DNA from: Abditibacterium sp.
GTDB taxonomy: Bacteria; Armatimonadota; Abditibacteriia; Abditibacteriales; Abditibacteriaceae
DNA length: 64,000 bases
Assembly: GCA_965246885.1 (NCBI GenBank)
Contig: OZ251992.1
Span: 1,792,001-1,856,000, forward strand
Direction of reading: 5' to 3'
This document shows, piece by piece, positions 27,802 to 37,264 of this stretch. The notes beneath the pieces are model-generated. The model saw only the letters and a list, made by a program, of their open reading frames with translations. It had not been told where the DNA came from and did no database searches. A program made the translations under genes and the position numbers. The stretch's first letter is position 1, and each line of letters opens with the position of its first letter.

Positions 27802-30435
27802 TCAGCCCTCGCCTTGCACCGCGAGGGCACCTGAGGGGTAGAACGGCGAGTTGGACAGCCGCACGCCGCGCTGCGCGCCCACCAGTTTCCACGCGCCGCT
27901 TGTATGGTCGCCGCCCAAGTGGAACTTCGTGCCCGGCGCGTCGCACCAAAACGTCAGTTTGTCACCCTCCACCAGCAACTCCCACGCCCCGCCGCGCGCC
28001 CATAACTCAAGCAAACGCCGCGCGCCCAGCCGGATTTGCAAGGGCGTTTCCGCACTTTGCGCCGCGCTTTTAACCGGGGTGAGGCCGAAGTCATCCAAGC
28101 GGAACTGCGGAGGCGTGTGCCCGACAAAGCGCGGGTCGAGGCCCGCCACTTCGTCCGTGTTGCGGGTATCGCTCGCCATTTTGACGAGGAAACGGCGGCT
28201 TTGCGCGAGGGGTTGCCCATCGAGCGACAGGGCCACCAGCGCGCCATCTGTCCCGCCCTCCACTTGCAAGCCGTCCGCAAAACCGTGCGCGCCGCGCAGA
28301 TCGCCCGCCAGCAGTTGCGCGCGCGGCGTTTCAAGGGAGAAGCGCCCCGTTGCGGCGTCGCGCCGCACTTCCCGCGTGTCCGAGCGAAACACCCCCCGCG
28401 CCGCTTCGCGCGGGTCGAAGGCGATCTTCCCGCTCAGCTTGAGCGCATCCAGCGCCGCGCCCAGCACTTCGTCGCGCCTAAGCTCCGTCCACGCGAGGCG
28501 CTTGGCTCCGGCATCCCACACGCCGTGCGAAAGCGTTTGCGATTCGTTCTCCCCTTCGGGCACCATGCCCCGCGCACGCAACACCCCCGAATCCAGCGCC
28601 ATCGCGCGCAAGCGGTCACGGCCCCCGACGGCATCGAACAATACTCCGCCATACGCGAAATACACCCCGCTCGTCGCGCGCGGTATCAGGCCCAAATCCC
28701 GCCAAAACGCGGGCGACCACGCCCCGTTCCCGGCGCCGTCCAAACGCAGGTCGCGGCCATAGAGGAGGCTGGGCGCGCCGGAATAATGCCCCGTCGCGCT
28801 GCGACCCGTTGGCAGGATGAGGTCGGCTCCGGGCGGCGCGACGAACTCCTCGCCCTCGAAGGCGATGTTCTCGACCCGCGCCGTCCACCCCAAGTTGTAA
28901 AGCGGGTTATACGGCTTCTCGTAGGTGAACAGATCGGTTTGGGAGTAGGGCACCACGACGCGGTTGCGCAGCGTCTGGGCCAAGCCGCCGCGAAAAATCT
29001 GCCCGCCGACTGCCGCCATGCCCCAGCGCGCCGGGTCGCTTCGCACGTTGAAATACCCCACGCGCGCCGTCGGCTCCGTCTCGTAGCCAAAGAGTATCAG
29101 CGCGTCCATGTCCTGCATCGCCGCGAAAGTGGCGGCTTCCAAAACGCCCGCCGCGCGGTGCGGATTGGGCCAGCAGTAGTTCCACTCGCGCACCACGAAC
29201 GGCTTACCCGCCACGCGCGCCAGCCCCAGCGTCGCCGCCATAGACTGCTCGCCCACGTCGGACACCGGATTTTTGCCATGATAAAACGACGGCAATTTCC
29301 ACTGCTGCGCCCCAGTCGCCCAATACGGATGATCGTAGTAGAAGTTGCACCCAATAAAGTCGAGTTCCTGCGCTTGGCTTTGCAAATCCGGCAGATCATC
29401 GTAGCGCCCCGTCGCACAAAGCGGGATTTTAATCTTCAGTTCGTCGCGCAAAAACGTCCGCATTTGGGCGAAATACGCGCGGTGCAAGTCGTACGCGAAG
29501 CGCGCCCCATCGAACTTGCGAGCGCCCGACGCGAACGGCAAGTCGGCGCTTTTGAGTTGCTCCGGCGTCCACGTCATCGCGGGCAGTTCGACGCTGCCAT
29601 TTTCGAGCGACTCGTTCGGCCCCAGCGACGACACGCCGTCTTTTGTCCAAGCCGCGCGCAACTTCTCGTTCGTGCCGTAGCGCGCACGGAGCCACCCGTT
29701 CCATTTGGCCTTGAACTCGCCCGCGTATGGCGGGGGCATCGAGCGCCACAAAGCGCGCCGCATGAACAGCCCGTTTTCGTCGTAGATTTCCAGCATCACG
29801 ACGGTCGGATCGTCCGCGTAGCACAGGCCCGTATAAGCGTTGCGGTGCGCCCGCATCAGGGCGCGAGCGTACTCCTTCTGGAGCGCGATGAGTTTGGGAT
29901 CGAAGACGGCGTAGGGCTTGGCGCTCCGTCCGATGGCGTCGGCGCTGCGCACGCCGTCACCCGCTTTGAACTGGCGGTAGTCGAGCAGGTCGAGATAGAT
30001 GTAAATCCCGTTCTTGCGGGCCTCGCTAATCCAGAAATCGAGCTTGCGCAGACGCTTGGCGTCGAAGTGGCGCGAGTCGGGGCGGGATTGGTCAATGATG
30101 CCGCCGCGCTCATCGAAGTGATGGAGGCGCACCAAATTAAATCCTGCCGCGCGGAAGTTACGGAGCATCGCCACGATGTGGGCATCGGATTCTTGGAGCG
30201 TGGTATTGGCGACGTTGATGCCCCAAAAGCGCGCGCGTGTCCCGTCGCCCCACGCGAAATGCGCGCCGTCCACTCGCAAGAACCCCTTGGCTCCGGCGGG
30301 CGCGGGCACGGAATCGGACAAGTCGGCGAGACTGGCGCGCGGGAAGGGGGTGGCGTTGGGGTCGAGAACCGGAAAGTCCGCCCGTGCACGAAGACCGCAG
30401 CAAAGCACGCACAAAAGCAGGAAGAAGCGACGCAT
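27802..30435 (-). CDS. Secreted clan-A glycoside hydrolase (GH5-like) with C-terminal extension
   Basis: RFWGIN, GFNLVRLHH, GIYIYLDL, NAYTG..YADDP, EIYDEN (acid/base), YYDHP, VREWN (nucleophile). Confidence 0.85.
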   Translation of the reverse strand: MRRFFLLLCVLCCGLRARADFPVLDPNATPFPRASLADLSDSVPAPAGAKGFLRVDGAHFAWGDGTRARFWGINVANTTLQESDAHIVAMLRNFRAAGFNLVRLHHFDERGGIIDQSRPDSRHFDAKRLRKLDFWISEARKNGIYIYLDLLDYRQFKAGDGVRSADAIGRSAKPYAVFDPKLIALQKEYARALMRAHRNAYTGLCYADDPTVVMLEIYDENGLFMRRALWRSMPPPYAGEFKAKWNGWLRARYGTNEKLRAAWTKDGVSSLGPNESLENGSVELPAMTWTPEQLKSADLPFASGARKFDGARFAYDLHRAYFAQMRTFLRDELKIKIPLCATGRYDDLPDLQSQAQELDFIGCNFYYDHPYWATGAQQWKLPSFYHGKNPVSDVGEQSMAATLGLARVAGKPFVVREWNYCWPNPHRAAGVLEAATFAAMQDMDALILFGYETEPTARVGYFNVRSDPARWGMAAVGGQIFRGGLAQTLRNRVVVPYSQTDLFTYEKPYNPLYNLGWTARVENIAFEGEEFVAPPGADLILPTGRSATGHYSGAPSLLYGRDLRLDGAGNGAWSPAFWRDLGLIPRATSGVYFAYGGVLFDAVGGRDRLRAMALDSGVLRARGMVPEGENESQTLSHGVWDAGAKRLAWTELRRDEVLGAALDALKLSGKIAFDPREAARGVFRSDTREVRRDAATGRFSLETPRAQLLAGDLRGAHGFADGLQVEGGTDGALVALSLDGQPLAQSRRFLVKMASDTRNTDEVAGLDPRFVGHTPPQFRLDDFGLTPVKSAAQSAETPLQIRLGARRLLELWARGGAWELLVEGDKLTFWCDAPGTKFHLGGDHTSGAWKLVGAQRGVRLSNSPFYPSGALAVQGEG

Positions 30436-30906
30436 CTAATCCTCCGGCACGACGGCCTCGTCTATGACGGACTCGCTCGCGGCGAAAAAGCCGATGCCGC
30501 GCGCCGCCAGCGCCGACGCAACCAACGCCAACAAGAGCAGATACCCCACGCGCAAGGTTTCCTGCCCAAACACGACAAGGGTGGCTTGGAGCACCTTGGC
30601 GACGTTGTTCGGGGCGTCCAAGACGCCCGTTCCCGGCGAGTCCTGAATCCGGTTGACCTGCATGTTGAGAAATCCGGGTTGCGAGAACTCTTTAAGCGCC
30701 GCCAGCGCCTGCCAGAAGACATAGAAGAGCAGGGCGACGCCGAGCGCGAAAATGGACAGCCCGACCCAGCGCGCGATGCGCCGCCAGCGCGAACCGGTGC
30801 GGCGGGCGAGGGCGCGTTCGCCTGCATAGGGGGAAGGGGAGTCCGCTTCGATGGCCCCAGAAGAGGGGGGCACGTCGCGTGCGGCGGCGACAAGTTTTTC
30901 GGACAT
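30436..30906 (-). CDS. Hypothetical two-TM membrane protein
   Basis: Two hydrophobic segments; stop directly abuts the GH start. Confidence 0.75.
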   Translation of the reverse strand: MSEKLVAAARDVPPSSGAIEADSPSPYAGERALARRTGSRWRRIARWVGLSIFALGVALLFYVFWQALAALKEFSQPGFLNMQVNRIQDSPGTGVLDAPNNVAKVLQATLVVFGQETLRVGYLLLLALVASALAARGIGFFAASESVIDEAVVPED

Positions 30907-30940
30907 ATTGGTTGGGAGCAAGCCGTCAAAGTTTAGCGGA

Positions 30941-31058
30941 GCGCCGTCCGTCACTCCGCGCCGGACGTCCCTCCCTTGCTGACAGACGTCTGTCGTCCAT
31001 CCCCAGACGTCTGTCGGCCACTCCCAGACGTCCGTTTGTCCGTGACAGACGTCTCTCT
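30941..31058. repeat. 21-nt-period array of (GA)CAGACGTCTGTC cores, 6 units
   Basis: GACGTC-like cores at 30943, 30964, 30985, 31006, 31027, 31048. Confidence 0.88.
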
Positions 31059-31114
31059 TCGCGCTTTTTCATCAAGTCGAATGAAACGGCGCTAAACTTC
31101 GGGGATAACAGATT

Positions 31115-32992
31115 ATGGCACAACGAATCCGGCAGCTGCCGCCCGATGTAGCGAACAAAATCGCGGCGGGCGAAGTGGTGGAGCGGCCCGCCAATGCCGT
31201 CAAGGAACTCATCGAGAACGCCCTCGACGCGGGCGCGCGCCGCATTTCCATTGACATTGAGGAGGGCGGCAAAAAGCTCATCCGCGTGCGCGACGACGGA
31301 AGCGGCATGAGCGCGCAAGATGCGGTTTTGTGCTTGCAACGCCACGCGACCAGCAAAATTCAAGAGGCCGACGACTTATGGCGCATCTCCACGCTTGGCT
31401 TCCGGGGCGAAGCGATGCCCAGTTTGGCGGCGGTGTCGCGCATGGAAATCACCACGCGCGAAGAAGGCGCCGAGTCGGGCACGCGTTTGGTCGTGGAAGC
31501 GGGCGAGGTCTTGGGCGTCGAAGAGATCGGCTGCGCTCCGGGAACCGAAATCACCGTGCGCGGCCTGTTCTTCAACACGCCCGCGCGCTTTAAATTCCTC
31601 AAATCGGATAGCGCCGAAGCCGCGCGCATTTCCGAGATGGTCGGGCACCTCGCGCTCGCGTATCCGCATGTCGCGTTCGTGCTCAAGCACAATGGCAACG
31701 AGAGCTTGCGCGTCGAAGCCGGAGGCGATGCCTTCAACGCCCTTGTGTCAGTGTGGGGCCGCGACACGGCGCGCGCCATGATGCCCATTTCGACGAGCGA
31801 GGAGTTCCCCAACATGAAAGTCACCGGCTTCGCGGGCCGCCCGCAGTTCACGCGCGCCAATCGCAAGGGGCAGTTAGTATTCGTCAACGGGCGCGCCGTG
31901 ACCAGCCGCGCTCTCCAGCACGCGTTTGGTGCCGCCTACGAAGGGCTAATTCACGGGCGCGACCGCTATCCGGTCGGGCTTATCTTTTTGCACGTCGCGC
32001 CGGGAAGCGTGGATGTCAACGTGCACCCCGCCAAGTCGGAGGTGCGCTTTGCCCGCGAGGGAGAAGCGCACCACGCGCTGCGCGTCGCTATCCGCGATAC
32101 CCTTGTCGGGGCGCAATTAGCGCCCAATTGGAACCTCGAAGGCGAGCGCGACGGCGGCTTGTACGCGCCCTTTGGCGGCCCCAAGTTCGAGCCAAGCGGA
32201 ACAGAAGCCGCGCGCTTTGCCCCGGCGCCAACGCCCAACTACGCCCGCTTCTTGCCGCGCGCCGACGAGGAATTGTCGCGCCCGCTTACGCCCGCGCCGA
32301 CGGAAGACGCGCACGAACGTTTCCGTCAGCACCTCAGCGACATCCGCGAAGGCAAGACCGGCTTTGACCGCGACCTGTTCCCCGACGAGGCGCCGCCGCG
32401 CTTGCAATTGCGCCCGCTCGCGCAGATTTCCCAGAACGCTTATATCCTTTGCGAGGGCGAGGACGGCTTATACATTGTCAACCAGCACCGCGCGCACGAG
32501 CGCATCTTGGCCGACCGCGCCATCGCCAAGGCCGAACGCGAGCGCGTCGAGTCGCAGCGCCTGATGATCCCCTTCTCGGTCGAGTGCGGCCCGCGCGCCC
32601 TCGCTTCTGTCGAGGAGCACGGCGCGCTTCTGAGTGAGCTTGGTTTCGAGGTCGAGAGTTTCGGCGGCAACGCCCTGTTAGTGCGCGCTGTGCCGATGCT
32701 GGTCGCGCAAACGGACTACGAGCGCGCGTTCTCCGACTTGCTGGACGAACTGGTATCTGGCCACGCTGGTCGCAACTTGGAGGAGCGCCGCCGCGCGCTA
32801 CTGACCATGCTGAGTTGCAAGAACGCCATCAAAGCGGGCGACGCGCTCAATCAAGGGCAAATGCAGGGCTTAGTGGACGACTTGGTGGAACTGCCGAATC
32901 CGAGCATCTGCCCGCACGGGCAACCGATACTGATTAAGATTTCGACCTACGAATTGCACAAGAAGTTCGAGCGCGAGTATGCGATGCGCTAA
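31115..32992 (+). CDS. mutL: DNA mismatch repair protein MutL
   Basis: IAAGEVVERP, KELIENALDAG, GFRGEA, DVNVHP.K.EVRF, SCK, CPHG. Confidence 0.98.
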   Translation: MAQRIRQLPPDVANKIAAGEVVERPANAVKELIENALDAGARRISIDIEEGGKKLIRVRDDGSGMSAQDAVLCLQRHATSKIQEADDLWRISTLGFRGEAMPSLAAVSRMEITTREEGAESGTRLVVEAGEVLGVEEIGCAPGTEITVRGLFFNTPARFKFLKSDSAEAARISEMVGHLALAYPHVAFVLKHNGNESLRVEAGGDAFNALVSVWGRDTARAMMPISTSEEFPNMKVTGFAGRPQFTRANRKGQLVFVNGRAVTSRALQHAFGAAYEGLIHGRDRYPVGLIFLHVAPGSVDVNVHPAKSEVRFAREGEAHHALRVAIRDTLVGAQLAPNWNLEGERDGGLYAPFGGPKFEPSGTEAARFAPAPTPNYARFLPRADEELSRPLTPAPTEDAHERFRQHLSDIREGKTGFDRDLFPDEAPPRLQLRPLAQISQNAYILCEGEDGLYIVNQHRAHERILADRAIAKAERERVESQRLMIPFSVECGPRALASVEEHGALLSELGFEVESFGGNALLVRAVPMLVAQTDYERAFSDLLDELVSGHAGRNLEERRRALLTMLSCKNAIKAGDALNQGQMQGLVDDLVELPNPSICPHGQPILIKISTYELHKKFEREYAMR

Positions 32993-33022
32993 GCATCAAT
33001 GCGCTAAACCAAGGAGACCCTT

Positions 33023-33598
33023 ATGGCCGCTAACCCGATTTCCGTTGTCCGCCGCGACTGGACTTATGAGGACTTGGATTCCTTCGCCGACGATGTGCGC
33101 CGCGAACTGGACGGCAACACCTTTTTTGAGATGCCTTCACCCACGCTTCTACACCAGACCCTGATTCTGCGCTTGGCGCTTTTCCTGTCGCAGATGGCGC
33201 GGCAGCACGGCGGCAAAGCGTTCCTGTCGCCCGTTGACCTCGTGCTGTCGCCGCGCGTGGTGTTCATTCCCGACGTGTGCTTCTACGGGCGCGAGAAGAT
33301 GGCGAGCGGCGATGTGGAGCGCGATCCCAAGCGGTTGCGCGTGGCGCCCGATTTAATCGTCGAAATCATCTCGCCCTCGACGGCCAGCCGCGATCGCGTC
33401 TTGAAGTTCCGCCGCTACGCCGAGTTTGGCGTCGGGAACTACTGGCTGGTTGACCCGCAGGAGCGCACCCTCCAAGCCTTCCAACTGCAAAGCGGCGCCT
33501 ATGCTGAAGAAGCGGTTCTGACAAACGCCGACGCGTTCGCGCCCGCTCTCTTCCCCGGCGCGACATGGGCACTAAGCGAACTTTTTGGCTCGGAATGA
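33023..33598 (+). CDS. Uma2 family (PD-(D/E)xK) endonuclease
   Basis: PSP..HQ, PDV, APDLIVEIISPST, K...YA..GV..YWLVDP. Confidence 0.92.
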   Translation: MAANPISVVRRDWTYEDLDSFADDVRRELDGNTFFEMPSPTLLHQTLILRLALFLSQMARQHGGKAFLSPVDLVLSPRVVFIPDVCFYGREKMASGDVERDPKRLRVAPDLIVEIISPSTASRDRVLKFRRYAEFGVGNYWLVDPQERTLQAFQLQSGAYAEEAVLTNADAFAPALFPGATWALSELFGSE

Positions 33599-33652
33599 GG
33601 GCGAGGAGGCAAGACGCGCGAAGCGGCGCACGAATCGCTAACCTGTAACGCG

Positions 33653-34240
33653 ATGGCACAGCACCCCGACGGTCAGAACCTGCAACAACCCCAAGCGCAC
33701 GCGACGCCGCACCGCGACGATGCTTCGGAGTCCACCAATGAGCATCGCGCCCAAGCGCCCGAATCGGTGCGGGCGACGGTGATTGTCGTGTCGGACACGC
33801 GCACTCTCGACACCGACCGGGGCGGGTTGCTCATCGAAGAGCTACTCGAAAGCGCGGGGCATGAGGTCATGCTACGCCAAATCGTGCGCGACGAGTTGGA
33901 AGCGATCAAAACGGCGGCGTGCGATGCCATCGGCACCGATGCCGAAGCCGTCATCCTCACCGGTGGCAGTGGCGTCACGGCCCGTGACGTGACGCCCGAA
34001 GCGATTCACCCGCTCCTCACCAAAGAATTGCCCGGCTTTGGTGAGGTCTTCCGCGTTCTCAGCTACGCCGAAATCGGCGCCGCGACCATGCTCTCGCGCG
34101 CCTTTGCGGGAGTGGCAGGCCGCACGCTTGTGTTCGTGCTTCCCGGCTCGACCAACGCCGTGCGCTTGGCGATGGAAAAACTCATCCTCCCTGAAATCGG
34201 CCACCTCGTGCGCGAACTGCGCCCGGAACGCCGCCGTTAA
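33653..34240 (+). CDS. moaB: MoaB/MogA molybdenum cofactor biosynthesis protein
   Basis: VSDTR..D.GG, TGGSG...RDVTPEA, PGFGE, LSRA, LPGS. Confidence 0.93.
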   Translation: MAQHPDGQNLQQPQAHATPHRDDASESTNEHRAQAPESVRATVIVVSDTRTLDTDRGGLLIEELLESAGHEVMLRQIVRDELEAIKTAACDAIGTDAEAVILTGGSGVTARDVTPEAIHPLLTKELPGFGEVFRVLSYAEIGAATMLSRAFAGVAGRTLVFVLPGSTNAVRLAMEKLILPEIGHLVRELRPERRR

Positions 34241-34243
34241 GGG

Positions 34244-34272
34244 TTGCACGCCCCCGCCAAAGTGGTTAGAAT
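34244..34272 (+). promoter_or_regulatory. Sigma70-type promoter of tRNA-Ile
   Basis: TTGCAC-17 nt-TAGAAT. Confidence 0.7.
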
Positions 34273-34287
34273 TTCTTCTGCCTTTAC

Positions 34288-34361
34288 GGGCGCATAGCTC
34301 AGTTGGTTAGAGCGCAACACTGATAATGTTGAGGTCCGTGGTTCGAATCCACGTGCGCCCA
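34288..34361 (+). tRNA. tRNA-Ile (GAT)
   Basis: GGGCGCATAGCTCAGTTGGTTAGAGCG-CAACA-CT-GAT-AA-TGTTG...GGTTCGAATCC..TGCGCCCA. Confidence 0.97.
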
Positions 34362-34369
34362 GTGGGAAA

Positions 34370-34420
34370 GGGGCCGGAAGCGTCTCAGTAATTACTGAGA
34401 CGCTCCCGGCCCTTTCTTGT
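34370..34420 (+). terminator. Long hairpin terminator after tRNA-Ile
   Basis: gggccggaagcgtctcagtaattactgagacgctcccggccc followed by tttcttgtt. Confidence 0.75.
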
Positions 34421-34519
34421 TCCACCCGTCTGCCCCCGCCGTCCCAAGGCGCAGATGAGGCGACACAAACCGCAACGGCCCGCTTCCGAAGAAGCGGGCC
34501 GTTGTCGTTTGGGCGAGGA

Positions 34520-35512
34520 TTAGTCGCAGTTGGCGTGCGGGCCGTTGTAGTCGGTGGCCCACAAGCAGACGTCGCCGACGACTTGGACGTAGGGCATGGC
34601 CTTGACGTGGCCATCCACGAACTGGCAGTTGATGAAGCCCATGTGGCGGCTGGTCAGAGCATCCTGCTCGGCCTGACCGAAGGTGGTGGGCCAAGCGTTG
34701 CTGTTGCCCGAAAAGCCAGCGTAGTTGCCCTTGCCGTTGCCAATGTTGCGCCAGTAGTGGACGTATTGGGCACCGTATCCGTTGGCCAAGCCCAAGTCAT
34801 CGCAATCTTTGGAGCTGGTGCAAGCCACGTTGCCGCCACCGATGTTCTTGAGCAAGCCGGACTCGTTGGCCAAGTCGGGGCCGACGCCGTAGTAGGTGGA
34901 GTCGGTGATCATGATGGTCTTGGCCGGGCGGGTAACGGACGCATCGCTCACCGGAGGAGTGGCAACGCCAGCCAACTTCTGCGGGCTGAGCCATGTGTCG
35001 TTGTGGCCGTAGGAGTTCTCGCCGCCGTAGCTGAGGCCTTCACAACCGGAGGCTTTGAAGGCACCCGTTGTGGAGTCTTTGGTCGCGCCGCCATCGCCGC
35101 ACTTGGTGCCGGCGGGGTCATAGCCGACCCACGAGTTGGGGTTGGACGGGCAGGCGAAGACTTGGGTGCTCTTGATGTAGGGCTGGAGTAAGGAGATCCA
35201 GAAGACGCGTTGCGTGGCGCCGCCCGTGATGGTGCCAGCAGGAGCGGTGGCCACGAACGGGTTGTTGGTCACCGAGGAGGAGTCGCCGCCGGTGCGGTGG
35301 GGGTAGAGTTTCTCGTCGTAGTCCTGAACATACTGAGCCGACGCGAGGCCCATCTGTTTCATGTTGGACATACAGGAGGCTTTGCGGGCGTTCTCACGAG
35401 CGCGGGCGAAAGCGGGGAACAGGATTGCCGCGAGGATCGCAATGATAGCGATAACAACGAGCAACTCGATGAGCGTGAAAGCCGAACGGTTCTTAGAAGC
35501 GGTTGTAAACAT
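34520..35512 (-). CDS. Prepilin-type N-terminal cleavage / DUF1559 H-X9-DG protein
   Basis: [45 protein letters not shown]...NC.FVDGHVK. Confidence 0.95.
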   Translation of the reverse strand: MFTTASKNRSAFTLIELLVVIAIIAILAAILFPAFARARENARKASCMSNMKQMGLASAQYVQDYDEKLYPHRTGGDSSSVTNNPFVATAPAGTITGGATQRVFWISLLQPYIKSTQVFACPSNPNSWVGYDPAGTKCGDGGATKDSTTGAFKASGCEGLSYGGENSYGHNDTWLSPQKLAGVATPPVSDASVTRPAKTIMITDSTYYGVGPDLANESGLLKNIGGGNVACTSSKDCDDLGLANGYGAQYVHYWRNIGNGKGNYAGFSGNSNAWPTTFGQAEQDALTSRHMGFINCQFVDGHVKAMPYVQVVGDVCLWATDYNGPHANCD

Positions 35513-35683
35513 GGTTGGTGGATTTCTCCGGGGAGATTGTCCTCAACCGAGTTTAAGAGAATATGAGGAGGAGGTGAGACTTTCCACAGAAAGGACGATT
35601 GGCCCCGTTTTTCATGCACAGTCAGAGGGAAGGCAAGGGGGGGAGGCCCCGACTTACCGACCCGACTTTCCGGCTCCTATTTT

Positions 35684-35810
35684 CCATTCCCACGTGCCTG
35701 CCGTCCATTCCCGCGCCTGTGTCACCCACTCCCGCATGTGTGTGACTCATTCCTACATGCTTGTCATTCATTGGCAGGGGCGCGTCAATGGACGACAGAC
35801 GCGGGCGACG
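35684..35810. repeat. 21-nt-period degenerate array, about 6 units
   Basis: (C/T)CATTCC-like starts at 35684, 35705, 35726, 35747, 35768; last unit contains GACAGACGC. Confidence 0.75.
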
Positions 35811-35869
35811 CGCCCGCCGCCCTCTGTTATCGGGCGCCCGCCGTCGCTTCGCACAGGGCGGGCCACATT

Positions 35870-37072
35870 TTAAAAGTTGACAACGGCGGAGCGGCCATCG
35901 GCGAAGGAAACGAGGGCTTGGTTTTGTCCGTGCAGCGAAGCGTGCGCGCCCACTGCGGCAGAAACGGCTCCCAATGGAGCAAACAGTTGGCCATCCACGA
36001 CTTGCGCGGCGGTCATCATCTGGGCCGTGCGGCCATTGATGGTGGCGCGCGAAGCGTTCGCGCGGAAGATGCCACTGGTGCGTCCGCTCGCGTCGGTGCG
36101 CACGGCGACGCCGTCGCCGCGCGCGCTCCATTGCACCCCGGCCATGCGCGCCATTTCGATGACGGGCACGAGCACAACCGGGCCGCGCGCGCCTTGCACG
36201 ACGCGCCCATTGAAGGGGGCGTCACCGGCGGGTACGACGGGTGAAGTGACGCGGGATTGTCCGAACGCGGGCGGATACTCGCTGTTTCCGCCCGCCAAAG
36301 TTAAAAAAGGCCCACCGTTGTTTTGGGCGACGCCCACGAGGTTTTCGCGGTTGATTTCGGCAGAAACGGCCTTTTGGCGGGCCGGAGAGGTGGGGTGATC
36401 GCTCAGGTATTTGCCCAACCCTTCCGGCCCATCACCCAAGCGGCCCAACATGGAAACGGCGGCGCGTGGGTCGAAACCCAAGCGGGCGATGGCGCGCGTG
36501 CCATAGTCGTCGGCCTGCGACTCCTCTTTGCGCGAGAAACCCTTTTGCCACAAGACGGCGCCGGTGTTCACCAAGCCGCCGACCAAGTCGCCCGCTTGTC
36601 CGCCGCGACTGCTGAGGATGCCGCCCAAGATGGCGGCGCCGATGCCGATGGTTTGCGATTTCTGCGCGGCTTTAACGACGTGGCGCAGTTCGACGTGCCC
36701 GGTTTCGTGGCCCAAAACGTAAGCTAACTCGGCGTCGTTTTGGGCGGTGGCCATCAGTTTCGTGGTGACAAACACCGGCCCGCCGGGGCCAGCGAACGCG
36801 TTGAGGACTTTGTCGTTTTGCAGAACTGTATAGGAGAAGGGGATGTTGCGGCGGGTGGCTTGGCGGGCGAGCATGGCGCCGATGCGCGAAACGCGGATTT
36901 GGCGCGGGTCGTTGGCGGGCAGGGGCTGGCCGTATTGCTGGATGGCTTGCTGGGCCATTGTCCGCCCGGCGGCGATCTCTTGCTCGTCGGAAATGGCGTG
37001 GGCCGGACGCACCGCCGCGCTGATTGTGACGGCGCACAAGCCAAGGGTCAAAAAGCGGAATGTGTGTTTCAT
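35870..37072 (-). CDS. Secreted M48 metallopeptidase with a C-terminal stalk (copper amine oxidase N-like) domain
   Basis: NAFAGPGG, ELAYVLGHETGH, SRKEESQAD, SDHP. Confidence 0.92.
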   Translation of the reverse strand: MKHTFRFLTLGLCAVTISAAVRPAHAISDEQEIAAGRTMAQQAIQQYGQPLPANDPRQIRVSRIGAMLARQATRRNIPFSYTVLQNDKVLNAFAGPGGPVFVTTKLMATAQNDAELAYVLGHETGHVELRHVVKAAQKSQTIGIGAAILGGILSSRGGQAGDLVGGLVNTGAVLWQKGFSRKEESQADDYGTRAIARLGFDPRAAVSMLGRLGDGPEGLGKYLSDHPTSPARQKAVSAEINRENLVGVAQNNGGPFLTLAGGNSEYPPAFGQSRVTSPVVPAGDAPFNGRVVQGARGPVVLVPVIEMARMAGVQWSARGDGVAVRTDASGRTSGIFRANASRATINGRTAQMMTAAQVVDGQLFAPLGAVSAAVGAHASLHGQNQALVSFADGRSAVVNF

Positions 37073-37191
37073 GGGATTTCGCAGTGGCGGCTTTGGACGC
37101 GATTTCGGTGCCGGAGTTCAGAGGAAAGCCCCGCAAACGGCGCGGAGGCCTTCCATTTGCCCTCAAACTACCCCACAAGTGGGGAATCGGG

Positions 37192-37220
37192 TTGAAGCGC
37201 GGCGCCGGGCGGTTTATAAT
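37192..37220 (+). promoter_or_regulatory. Sigma70-type promoter of sseA
   Basis: TTGAAG-17 nt-TATAAT. Confidence 0.7.
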
Positions 37221-37264
37221 CCCCTGCTCCGGTTGCGCCCAAAGCCGAGCGCCCGCGAAACATC

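Noticed and set aside
28036..30936. 966-aa plus-strand ORF
   Set aside because: Antisense shadow of the glycoside hydrolase; typical of high-GC DNA and has no motifs
30941..31058. Possible mini-CRISPR array
   Set aside because: The period is only 21 nt with ~9-nt linkers, and no cas genes are present
33023..33598. Uma2 gene as a restriction-modification or defence system
   Set aside because: No methylase or partner gene; solitary Uma2 genes are common
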